Of a stretch of DNA of 64,000 bases, positions 25,643 through 37,985 are shown one piece after another. Position 1 is the stretch's first letter, and each line of letters starts with the position of its first letter. Source of the stretch: Lama glama (lineage: Eukaryota); the NCBI GenBank assembly GCA_028534125.1, contig CM052816.1, positions 69,752,001 through 69,816,000 on the forward strand, written 5' to 3'. Made by a program: the position numbers and the translations under genes. The notes under the pieces are model-generated. The model made no database searches, was not told the DNA's origin, and saw nothing but the letters and a program-made list of their open reading frames with translations.

Positions 25643-27067
25643 TAGGTAATTCCCAATCTATCCTGGAGGCTGATTTGGTGGAATGAATATTGTAGTTGTT
25701 GGTAAGCAAACAATTAGAAACCTTTAAGATATTGAATACAGCCTATGCGACGATTGTTTAGAACTAGAAATTGCATCACATCAGCAAGAATTCAATGAGC
25801 ACATCTTCCCTTTCTGGCCTCTCTGCATCAGATACTAGTTGTAGGTATGCCAAGGCGTGCATAAGGAGATTTGTTATTGAACACACTGTTTAGAAGGTGT
25901 GTGTGTACCGAACATGAAATCCAACCTATCATCCAACTCAAGTAATGGAAGGCTCTCCTCTTTTTTTTTAATCACCTCATGTAGTGTTTGTGTGTGGATG
26001 CATTTTTAAAGAAAAAAAAATTGTATAGAAATGAATTAGATAGTTTACTCAGTAACTTCTGGACATATAGCCCAAATGATATTGCATAACATTCATCAAT
26101 TACGAATATTTTTGTTATTGTTCTTTAAATTCTTTTGTTGTCTAATTGGAAAACTGGTAAAATACTATCATTTTCCAGATAAAGTTCTTGGCAAGTTTTC
26201 TCTCTTTCAAACCCCCTAGGACAGTCCACAGCTCCATGAAAACATGAGTCAAATACATTACAAATTTCCCAAGGAGAATCAACATCTTTTCCAGCTGTTT
26301 GGATAGTCTGTCTAACATCTGACCACAGCCCTCATCTCCCAGCATTGTTCTGGGCTTTTACACTTTGACTTTGATTTGTTCGATGTTATAATTTAAAAAC
26401 TGAGCCAATAGTGTGAGTCTTCACTTTTTTTCTTTAAGACTTTTAACTCTTATCATTTACAAAAATAACAATTATAATTTAAATGGGAAAAAAAAGGCAC
26501 CAGCCACAAAAAATATTGCCTCCCTAGGTATTTCTCTTTGACAGTGCAAAATTCCTTCTTAATGCTATCAAACTTCTCTCTCTTTTTCCTCCCTTAGGTA
26601 ATTTTTCTATTATTTATAGAGCAAAGTATCTCCCAACTATAATATCACAAAGAACTAAACTTGTTTTGATTGATTAGTTTCAGGTTTTCTATTTTAAATG
26701 CCTTTTGGCACTAGCCTATGTGTTTCAATTTATTCGGAAGGAATGCTTTTGTGATCATTCCAATTAATCCCTTGTCTGTTTTGTCTGGCATCGGTGTGAA
26801 ACTAGTTATAATAACTTTAAAGTTTGGCAAGCTGTATAGTAAACTGCCCAAGGTGGGATGGAAAACTTTCAGGGCCCAATTAACAAAAGTCAACTTGTCT
26901 TCCAGCCTATCTACACAGAATCATCTGTTGCTTTGAGTTGTCTTTATAACCGTTAATAACGTGTGATGAATAGTTCAGGGTAAGAAGGTGAAACAGAGCA
27001 ACTGTGTCAGTAAGAATGGGTTCCAGAGCTGAAGACCAAATTTCAACACATAAATGTGGAGCGTGTC

Positions 27068-27099
27068 CACACACACACAGACACACACAGACACACACA
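27068..27099 (+). repeat. Interrupted (CA)n microsatellite
   Basis: Seen directly. Confidence 0.9.
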
Positions 27100-28508
27100 G
27101 TTAGAAAGTTTGGAGTGAGGAGTAGAATGATGCTATAGAAAACCCGGAACTTTGTTCAAGCTATTTGTCAAAGAGTTAGTGATTTCCATTTCAAATGTAT
27201 CCTAGAAGATGAGTTGTGTGGATTTTTATACCTGTCTCTGTACCCACCAGAAATTGGTGCAATGATCCTGATTCCAGTATGCCATTCAAAATATAATGCA
27301 ACAACAAGAAAAAACAAAAACAAACAAAAATATAATGCAACAACCCACTGGTGGTTAAACATAATGTAATGTGTTTTTATTATGACAGGCTTTTTTTATT
27401 TTGTTTCCATTGACTATCTTTTATCTTTTTCCTTTTTAACTTAAAAATGGACATTTATTTCACATTTTGGACTATCACATTCTGGGGGAGTTTCCTCTTA
27501 AGCTTTGTCCACAGCCAGTGGGACAGCGTACTAGATGCATACATGGACATGCACCGTATTTTGGACTTAACTCTTCCAAAGTTCTCCTTCATTTCTAACT
27601 TGCAGTCACCTTTAAGTGTGCCAAGAGACATACCACAATGGTGGGGCCATCAAACCACATTTTCATTTAAAGATGCTCGTATAATAAATGCAGAGTTCAT
27701 CTTAATTTGTGGTATTTTAAATGTCTAAGCCCATGACACCATCACAACTTCTTGAATAAGTATGGATCATTTTTAACAGTAAAATGTTTTAAGCTTTCAC
27801 CTTTTTATTACTGAAACAAAGAAAAGTTCTTGTATTTTCTTACTTCAGAATTCCTCTAGGCCCTTGAGGAAAATTGTCAACTCACAAAATTCAGAGATCA
27901 TTATCCCTTTGCATGTTTCATGGTGAATTTTGTTAAGACTATTACATTCAAAGCAGAAATAGGTTTTAAAACAATACTAAGCATAAAAGAGATGACTGGA
28001 GGTAGGAACAGACCGGCTCTTATCTGCTTGGTAATTCTACCTGATTAACGAGAGCTTGTACCTAAATTAATTCATCCTTCTCTTTGTTCATGCTGGTTTC
28101 TCTTTGCTCCTGGCAAATGTGTGCTGAAATCACTGTTGTCACATGTTTTTAATTTTTGAAAATCCATCTTTCTAAGATAGACATGGAAAAAAAAACTAAC
28201 TGCACAGAACACCACATTAAGAGGAAAGTAGTTGAAGTTCTGCCATGAATAGTTACCAAAATAAAAAAAAAGTATGATACTATTTGGCCTCCTCTCCCTA
28301 GCTAGGGAATTCAAATTGTTGAATACCTAATAGTGCTTTTGTAATATTTCAGTTTTTAAAAAATACGCTGTGGTGGACAAAGCATGCCTATTATGTAAAC
28401 ATATAGTTACTAAAGACACTAGCACATATGTGAGTATTTCAGAAGATAGAAAATGTGCTCAGACAACGAAAATGAAGCGTGTTTAAGTGTTCTCTATCAA
28501 GAGCTTAG

Positions 28509-28627
28509 AAAAGGAATATATGTACGTGTATGTATGACCAAACCATTATGCCGTACACCAGAAATTGACACAACATTGTAAACTGACTATACTTCAATTA
28601 AAAAAATTAAAGTTAAAAATTTTTAAA
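28509..28627 (+). mobile_element. Young LINE-1 3' tail
   Basis: Same L1 terminus as at 1548; TSD AAGAG(C/G)TTAG at 28499-28508 and 28628-28637. Confidence 0.88.
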
Positions 28628-29089
28628 AAGAGGTTAGTTCCTTTGAAAACTGCAGACTCCCTCAGATCAGTAGGAGTAGGACATAGCAGCATACATTAAA
28701 TAATGATTTCTGGCCATTTGCTTACTAAAATTAAATTATGTTTAATTTGTCAAGATAATAAGTTTGTGTTTTATTTGGCTATAAAATTCTATTATGTTTT
28801 AAGATATCTTAATGAAATGAGTCTCAGTGAAGAAGTTTTGTTTGTTATCCCCTTCCCTCCCCCAAATGTTCGAAATTAGTTTGGTATTTTAAACTTCTGT
28901 GTTTTAATATGTGGGATTTTTAGATCATCATAAAATAGAAAAAAAGTTAAAAGTAAGAGATCAGCTATGCCAGCTTCTGCTACTGTTTTGTTGAGAAAAA
29001 TATTGATTATTGAAAACTGTATTAATTTATTCAGATAGCTTTTTGGAGAGTAGCAGTTCACATCATGTAATTTCACTTCAGCGTGCTTA

Positions 29090-29950
29090 ACTCTCTCCTT
29101 TGTTAAAGAGACAAAACCAAAACCCTAACAGTGTGATGTCCCCAAGTAGCCACTCACAGTTCTCATTCCATCCCTGACAAACTTCTTGAAAACACTATCT
29201 GCACTGGCTGTCTCCAGTCCCTCATCTTTTTCCATTCCAACCACTGCACAATAACTGCTTTTTTTCCCCCTTTTTAAAAAATTTTTTGTTGACATATAGT
29301 CAGTTTACAGTGTATCAGTTTACAATGTATCAGTTTCTGGTGTACAGCATAATGTTTCAGTCATACATATCCATACATATTTTCATTTTCATATTCTTTT
29401 TCACTATAGGTTACTACAAGATATTGAATATAGTTCCCTGTGCTATAAACTTGTTATTTATCTATTTTATATATAGTTAGTATCTGCTTTTTATAGGATC
29501 ACTTCTTTGTTACCAAATTCTGTGGCACTTGCCAGTCCTTATCTCTTTTTTTTTTCTTTTAAACCTTTTGTACCGTTTTTGTTATTATTTAGGCCCCACT
29601 TCCCTATTCCCCCCAGCCCTTCGTGGCTTCTGTGACACCGTGTTCCACTGCCCCTCTGCTCACTTGTTTGGGTCTCCTCCACTGCTCATTACAGTTGATG
29701 GTCCCCAGGCTTCTTATCATTAGACTGTGGCTGCCCCTGGCTTCAGCTACCATTCATGCAAGTGACCCCACATCTGCCTACTGAGCAACAGGCGTGCATG
29801 TGTATCCGGTGCCCCGTGGGTCCCACAGGCCTCTCCAAGTTAGATACATGAGGCATAATCCTTTATCTCTTGTTCTACCTACTCTTTCTGTTTTTCCAGA
29901 TTCTGTGAATCTGCACCAGCATCCCACCAACCCAATTTTTGTCTCATCAA
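29090..29950 (+). mobile_element. L2 LINE fragment interrupted by an L1 tail
   Basis: 'aaacttcttgaaa..ctatctgcactggctgtctcc', 'ccttcgtggcttctgtgacacc', 'ggcttcagctacca' are L2-like segments. Confidence 0.6.
29259..29483 (-). mobile_element. Young LINE-1 3' UTR fragment
   Basis: 'tagtcagtttaca...ctggtgtacagcataatg...atattgaatatagttccctgtgctata...tagttagtatctgc'; flanked by 'ctgcttttt' direct repeats. Confidence 0.88.
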
Positions 29951-30289
29951 GTCCCCTGTAGCCTTCATAGCCTCAGACCAACCACTTTTCTCTTCATCTT
30001 CATTCCTAAAATGTCTCATCTGCATTTGGCTCTTCCTCTTTGGTTCGACCTTATCATTTAATATCTTTATGTCTTTATTGTCACTTTAATATAATATTTG
30101 GAAAGAGGAGAGATAAAACTTGTATGATGAATTCATCGTGTTTAAGCAGCAGTTTAAACCAACTTTTAAATTAAACTATTAACATTTTGAAAAAGAAATA
30201 CAAATAGACACAAATTTTAAAACTAAATAAACTGAGATTATACTGAAAACTGTTAATTAATATTTTGTCTATAACATTGCAGCCACTTC

Positions 30290-30810
30290 CATTCAAACAT
30301 GTAGAGTAATTTTTTTAAATGGGATTGTAATATATGAACTGATTTATATTATTCCATTATAACATAAGTATACTTCTTTGCTGGTAATTATAGATCTGAA
30401 TATCATGTCATGGCTTTATTATATGGCGACAACATAGCTTATGGAACCAATGCCCTGTCAGTGGAGGTATAGAACATTTCCAGTTTTTCATTATTATAAA
30501 AAAAAGTTTTATTCATACATCCTTCTATACTTGTCCTTCTATTTGTCAAGGACAGATTCCATCTATTACAAGTAGATTTATCAGATTAAGGGGATACATT
30601 GTTTTGGGGCTTTTAAATTCGATTGCCAAATAACTGTCCAGAGTGTTAATACCAGTTTATATACTGTCCTTAGTAGAATATGAGTTTGTTTATATTCCCC
30701 ACACCCCACAATGATAATCATTCTTACACATTTTCAACTGATTGGATAAATGAAAAATGGTAACTCAGTTCATTTACTCTAATTTAAGACAAATTTCTCA
30801 AATGTTTGGT
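30290..30810 (-). mobile_element. Ancient L1ME-type fragment
   Basis: 'tttccagtttttcattattataaa', 'gattgccaaataactgtccaga...taccagtttatatact', 'ataaatgaaaaatggtaactc'. Confidence 0.65.
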
Positions 30811-33699
30811 TATCTGGTTGCCAAACTCACAGTAGATCAGAAGCAGGAAATTGGAAGAAGAAAGATGAGTTGCTGTAGTCAGATGCATTGGCAGCAGTGT
30901 GAAGTAATGGCAGACAGACTAACAGTGAGGAAGGATACAAGAAAATCAAGGAACCAGATATAGAACCCTAAGCTGCATGGTGCATGGCCCATTTAATTCA
31001 AGGTCCCACAGCCCAGCTGCCCTCTGTGGTCTCTAAGGCTTTCACCATATTTCAACACAATGTCCCCCATCTCAGCATTTTGAAATCCTACAAAGACAGT
31101 AAAACCTTGGCTTGTAGAAATGGCAATTAATTAAATGTCAACTGTTGTCAATCAGTTGCAGATTGCTAAAATAATATTCTTTGTTTAACCTCTGACAAAA
31201 AATAAAGCCTTTAAACAAACTGTTAGTTGCAAATTTTCAACCTTCCATTTACCTCTTCCACTAAAATAGTATAAATAAGTTTTGTGTTTATATCATTTGC
31301 TAAAACATTGAAGGATATGCTAATAATATATTAACAAGAAATATGTTCTAAGAAATCTTAGCCTGGAGAGAAGAATACTTCTAGCAGACATGATACCTAG
31401 CTTTCAATTTTAAAGAACTACTGTGTGAAAATGTACTTATTTGTATCATGTGGGCAGAAGTTAAAGGAAGGCAGATTTCTAACAATTAGAATTTTCTAAT
31501 TCTGTCAAGAATTTTCTTATGAAAAATTTTGCCAACTGTTAGACCTCAGAAGAATCTTTGTAGTCAAAAATAACAACTCCTATGTTTTATAAATAAGAAA
31601 ACCAAAGCCCAGAATGGAGTAAATCGCTACCACAGGGAGTGAAGTGGGACTCCAGCTCTCCCAACTTTTCTTCCAGAGCTTTTTTTTTTTTTTTTTTTTT
31701 TAGACTGTAACAAGGTACCCCTCACAGCACAGCAAGGTCTACATTGCTAGAGTGTTCAATCAGAATTCCATTTCTAATTCTCAAAGATGTTGTAGAAAGG
31801 ATTTCTACAATCAGTGAAAGTAAGGTTAGAGGACTATGGAAATCCTACTAGCTCAAAGATCTCATCAATTTTATTTTAAGTAACTGTTTAAAACCAATAT
31901 AGAAATACCTTTAGGTGCCTTCTTTAGGGCAGCAATACAAAAAAAAATTTTTTTAAAGAATAAAATGACTTTACAATGGAATATTATACTAATTGATTTT
32001 GGCAGAAGCCTTCCTGTGAAGGGAATAGTCTGTAAAAGGAATGACAAGTAAGTTTCATCTCCTGTCCAAGTGGAGGGAAGAGGGGGTAACACTGACTGAG
32101 AAGACTCTGTAGATATAGCCAGCCTCATTAAGGAACAGAGCCTCAGTCCTCTGCAGAGTTTGTTTCAGCTGGAGTGGTATACAGCTCTTATGTTCAGCCA
32201 CCCTCATCTGCAATCTTCAGATAAGAAGAGAAAATACAAGGTCAGTTCTAGAAGAACCTAGTAGTTAGAAGACTGAAAAATAAAGCAAGTTTCTGGCTGG
32301 GAAGAAATAACCATCTCTTTCTAGGATTTACCTGGCAATTAATTATCAAAGATGTGAACAATTCAAGTTACATTTTAAAGTCAATTTTATATTCTTGAAT
32401 TTTTATTTTTAATGCATTTTTTCCATAAAACTTACACAGTTAGGGGAAGAAATAAAGCTGAATTTCACCTCTCATGTCAGAAGACCCTCTGAGTTTCTAT
32501 GCTGGCTCCTATGGGAAAACACTTTTTCACCTAAAGCAAGAGGCTAACTTAAATTCTTCAGTTCTAGAATAAGGGTTTCAAGATGTATTTTGACTATGCC
32601 AAAGTCTGCAAAAGTCTTGGAAAACCAAAGCTATAATGTGGAAATCTGACAAGCTTGTACTGTGATCTGCTTCTTTGGAGATAACATGTTCATTTTTCAT
32701 TTGAGGGAGGGGATAAATGTGCTAATTATGTAGTAAATTTCTAGTGTCAAATTCCTCCTATCCTTTATTACCTTTTTTCCTCTGTATCCTTGGGGAAATG
32801 TTGTTCTGTCCTACTTTTTAGACATAATACTCGGGTAATAGTGGCTGCAGATTAATAACAGCTCACATGTATGGAGTACTCTCTGAGCACCAGGCACTGG
32901 GCTGAATGCTTTATTTGCATTACCTCATTTAAAACAGAGTCAAGTAATTTGTCTGAAATCACATAATTTGTAAAGCAAAAGATAAAGCTTCATAGACCTC
33001 ACATTTTTCGAAAACTTAGATAACTCTCTTTTAGCCATCACCTTCCACTGTGTTCTCTTTTGATATCTATAATTATCTTCATAATTTTTTTAATTTACCC
33101 TAAAACTTTTCATTTTCACCTTTGATCTCATTTCAGTGAACCAAAGATAAATGATGAGGATCTTTTCACATTATTTAAACACTTCTGTGAATTATTTCTC
33201 ATTGCCTATGAGGGAAATAGGATAGACATTTGAGATACATTTCTGAGCAACCCCTTGCATGGAGACAATAAGTGGATGTTTTTGTTTTGAGATTTTTAAC
33301 AAGCTGGTTCAGATATGTTTCAAAATGAAACTTAGTGTTCAAAACCTGACACACACGACACACTCTTGTATGGTTCCAGTTATAGATACCGGGCTGGCCT
33401 CCAACTCCCAGGATCATTTCTATAGAAGGTTCTATAGCAAAGAGTATGAATTATTTTCTCAGTGAATTAATGTTTGGTAACATGGAGCTCCAAATATGTT
33501 GTACTTAATGGTAATTATTTATGTAGATCACTGTAATCCCTAAGACGGGGTACCTGGACTAGAGTACATAATTAAGTATAGTCTATGTTTACATCATAGC
33601 TTTTAATTTCATGTACCAAGTATTATAGATATTGTGGTCCCTGTATGCTTACTAGAATACAAGTTATGCAAGCATTTTAGGGAGCAACTTGCTGAGGAC

Positions 33700-34280
33700 C
33701 ATAAGAACTGTAAATGTATATTCTGTTTGACCTGATCCCCTTACCAGTAATTTTCCCAAGAAGTAGACTTAGGAAACTACACTGATCTAATATATATATA
33801 TAAAAAGATATTCACAGAAGTCTTGCTGATAATATTAACAAACCATGAACAACCTAAACATTCATCAAGAATGAACTACTTAAATAAATTACATGGCTTC
33901 TATAGAATAGAACACCGTGTGATCCCTGAAAAAAAAAATATGGCCAATGTCTCTGTACTGCTGTTGAATGCCTTTAGGATAAATTAAATGAAAAAAGCAA
34001 ATGTCAGGAGTCTGAGCAGTATGCATTTGTCTGTGTGTGTTTTTCTGAAAAGATACACATACGTTAACACACACAAGAACAGACTCCTAAAACATAAAAG
34101 ATCATTTTTTTTTCTGGAAGGATACACAGAAATATAAAAAACACAGTTAAGAGTAATTCCACAGCATAGGTTGGGTTTGATAGATAATCATGAGGCTTTT
34201 ACCTTCTGCTTTATGCCTTTCTCTATCCACTGCTGGAGTTTAGTAAACCTCTGCATGTATTTCCTTATTTATTTTTCACT
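33700..34280 (+). mobile_element. Ancient L1ME-type 3' fragment
   Basis: 'aagatattcacagaag...aacaacctaaacattcatcaaga...taaataaattacatgg...ctggaaggatacacagaaa'. Confidence 0.6.
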
Positions 34281-34809
34281 TTGGTTATTTAGATGATAGA
34301 ATTAGGTACAGTATTTTTCTCTCCCAAGCTTTGGTGTAATTACATGAAATTAGTAAATGTTATTCAAAATACAGTAAAACCAATGGAAAATATTTTTTGT
34401 TTTTTTTAGAATCATACTAGATCCCTGAAGAAATAATAATTTCTGAAGTCTATGACTCTCCTTTTACTATATTCCCTAGTCCAAACAGTGATTGAAAAAA
34501 TTTCAAGCCTGCTCAAACTATTACCATTTTATACGGAAGCAATTATCTCATTGCCTGTTTGTCTTTGATATTCCCCAGTCCTTGTCTCGGTGTAGATAAA
34601 GGACAAGTATAGTGCAGATGCCTAAAGCCCTAGCATTTGGGCCATATGGTACCAGACAAGATACAAGAGACCTCTAACAGGAACAGGCCCCTTCTAGTTC
34701 TTGCAATGATGCATGCTTTGGGGGAAGTTAAAAAAACAGCCCCACGATCCTACCCACAGTATTCCAGAAAGGTGACCTGACACTTTTATTATGTGAGTGT
34801 CAAAGGCAC

Positions 34810-34935
34810 AGAGGATTGAGAGTGGTGGAATTGTTTCTCAGCTGAGAGTTTGGAGGCCTGGGATCCAGTCCCAGCTCTGCCATTAGCCCTGCGACCTTGG
34901 ACAAGTCACTTAACCCTCACCCCTACGAAAAAGTG
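34810..34935 (+). mobile_element. MIR SINE fragment
   Basis: 'cctgggatccagtcccagctctgccatt...gaccttggacaagtcacttaacc'. Confidence 0.75.
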
Positions 34936-35604
34936 GAGTGGCCACTTAACTTGACAGTAAAACAAATCATACATACTGATATTCATGATAGAAGTTGAGC
35001 CTTAACAACTTGGTTGTCTAGCATACAAAGCATCTTGTTCATTCTTCAGTTGGCAATACAAAAGAGCTCAACCTTGAACTGAATGCTCCTGTCAGGACAG
35101 TAGAGAAGGGAGGATAAGCTATGTCTCATTAGACATTCTTAATTCTGTCCTTAGGTTAAGTTAGAACTTGAGAGATCTTTGTGCCTCAGCTTCATTGGAT
35201 TGGACTGCAAAATGCTTTCACTGAAGTACATTGACTTTTGTGTTGACCCTGAGCTGTCATCAAGGGCCATGAGAAGAAAATCACTGTTGTGGATATATTG
35301 TTTTATTATGTTTTTTCAGTGTACTTTTAAAAAAATGTTCAGATATTAAATTCATTCTAGAATTTGCACCAGGGAAATATTTATCTCTTCTGCCAGCTAG
35401 GCTTACTTCAGCTTGTGAGATAATGAGAAGATGGTTTATACATTATACATACTCATTTTAGCCTGTCTCTACCAATTTTCACGTCTTTATGTTAGAGAAG
35501 ACAATACCCATTTTTAATCTCCTTTAACTTTCAAGTTTATGCCTTCACTTGACGTCTTTTCACTTAAACTGTAAACTCATCTCACCATTTGTCTAATCAA
35601 CATC

Positions 35605-35770
35605 TCCATTAATTCATTCATTCAACAAATATTTATCAAGCACTGACTGTGTGTTGGGCACTATGTGTCAGGCTCTGCTCTAGGCTCAGGGGATGCCATG
35701 GATATCAAGACAAGTCCCTGACCTCTTGGAACTTTGAGTGCAGTAAAAGAGGAAGATCATAAACAAGATA
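35605..35770 (-). mobile_element. L2 3' end
   Basis: 'attcattcattcaacaaatatttatcaagcactgactgtgtgttgggcact'. Confidence 0.8.
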
Positions 35771-35786
35771 AAGTAAAATATATCCT

Positions 35787-37985
35787 GTTTCCTTCTGTAT
35801 ATGCTTTTTTAAGCTATCTTCTTGGTGGTTACCATGGGGATTATAATAAACACCCTAAATTTATTACAATCTACTTTGAATTAATTCCAGCATAGATTCA
35901 ATAATTTGTAAAAATTCTGCTGCTGTGCAGCTCTGTCCTCCCCCATTTATGTCATTTTTCTCACAAATTACATTTATACATTGTGTGTCCATTAACACAG
36001 ATTTTAAATTACTCTTTTTATGGCTTTATCTTCTAAATCATATAGGAGATAAAAAGAGGAGTTACAAACCAAAAATACAATAATATTGGCTTTTGTGTTT
36101 ACTTATGTAGCTACCTTTATCAGAATTCTTTCTCTGGTATAGCTTTGAGTTACTGTCTAATATCCTTTTGTTTCAGCCTGAAGGACTTCCTTTAGCATTT
36201 CTTGTAGGGCAAGTCTACTGACAAGGAACCACCTCAGCGTTTGTTGATCTGCCTCATTTCTGAAGGTTAGTTTTGCTGGATATAAAATTCTTGGTTAACA
36301 GTTTTCTTTCAGCACTTTAAATTTTTCATCCCACTTCTTTCTGGCCTCCATGGTTTCTGATGAGAAATTTTCTACTGATCTTATTGAAGGTCTTTTGTTT
36401 GTGACACGTTGCTTCTCTTGCTATTTTTAAGATTCTCTCTTTGTCCTTGGTTCCTAAAAATTTGATTATTGTGTCTTAGTGTGAGTCTCTGCAATGATCA
36501 TTCCTAGAGTTTGTTGAGCTTCTTGACTGTACAGATTTATGTCTTTTATCACATTCTGGGAGATTTCAGCCATTATTTCATCAAAAATTTTTTATTTTTC
36601 TTTCCCTTTCTCCTCTTCCAGGATTCCTATTGTGTCTGTTGGTACACTAATATGGTATCCCATAGGTCTCTTATACTGTTATTTTTCATCATCCTTTTTT
36701 CTTCCTGTTCCTCAGACTAAATAATTTTAATTGACCTATTTTCAAGCTTGCTTACTGGTTCTTTTTTCTGCCTGCTCAGATCTGCTACTAAAACTCTGTA
36801 GTGAGTGTTTTAATTATTGTACTTTTCAGCTTCCAAATTCCTGTTTGGTTCCTTTTTGTACTTTCTATCTCTTTATTGATACTGTCTGTTTATTCATACA
36901 GCATTCCCTTGGTTTTCTTTAGCACTTTGGTTTCCTTTAGCTCTGTGAGCATATTTAAGACAGCTGATTTAAAGGCTTTGTCTAGGACATCCAGTATCTA
37001 TGTTCTTTAGGGTAAATTTGTTCATTTCTTCTATGAATGGGCGATACTTTTCTGTTTCTTCACATGCTTTGTAATCTTCAGTTAAAAACTCAACATTTTG
37101 AATATTATAACATGGTAACTCTGGAAACCAGAGTCTTCCCCCTTCTCAGGATTTGTTTCTGTTGTTTGCTGTAGGCTGTGGCTATTTGTTAGGTAACTTT
37201 TCTAAACTATTTTTGTAAGAACTTTGTTCTTAGTCATGTGTGGTCTCCAAATTCTCTGTTCCTTTAGCTTGTGTTCAACTAGTGTTTTCATAGAGATTTC
37301 CTTGAACACCAGGAGCCAAAGAAGAGAAAGAAAGAGAAAGAGAGTTAAAGTAAGAGAGAAAAACCCTCTTAGGTCTTTTCTGAGCATAAGTGCTTCCCTG
37401 AGTATGTGCATGACTTTCTGAATTCCCCAGTATTTACAAGTCCTTTTGAATTCCCTGGTTTCTCAAATAAACTCTCTCTAGCTTTTCCTCCCAGAATTTT
37501 GGCACTCTGTTGTATGCCTCAACTTAATCTTTTGCCCCAGGTGACTGCGGGCTTTTTGTTTGTTCCAATTGATTCAGAACTTACTCAGCATAGAACTCCT
37601 TATAAGATAAAGACAAGTACCTTACATCAGTCCTTCAGGTAGTCCCTAGATAGGTTAGAACAGACAAACATAATTCTTTCCAAATAAGGTCTGCTCTGCT
37701 CCCTCAACAACCAAGGACCAGGATCCAAACTGAGAATATGGACTGTCATCTTCAAGACCACTGTTGAGCTCAGGAGGAGAATTGGTCCAAGACATATAAA
37801 AACACCATAATGCTTTCCTACCCTTTTCAGATTGCCGTTCTGTTTATTCAGTGTTTCCTTGGTTACGTAAATCTTTGTTTTTCTGAAAAAGGTGATTCTG
37901 ACAGTTGTTGCTTGATTTTTAAAACTTCCCTTGGGGGCCAAGGCCCTCAGAGCTTTGTACTCTGCCATTTTTGCCGATATCATTT
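35787..37985 (-). mobile_element. Old L1M 5' portion (5' UTR plus decayed ORF1 region)
   Basis: 'ttagcatttcttgtagggcaagtct', 'tttctttcagcactttaa', 'ctggcctccatggtttctgatgagaa' and 'tttcagccattattt' are typical antisense L1 ORF1-region text; ends 'tactctgccatttt', the reverse of an aaaATGGC-type 5' start. Confidence 0.85.
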
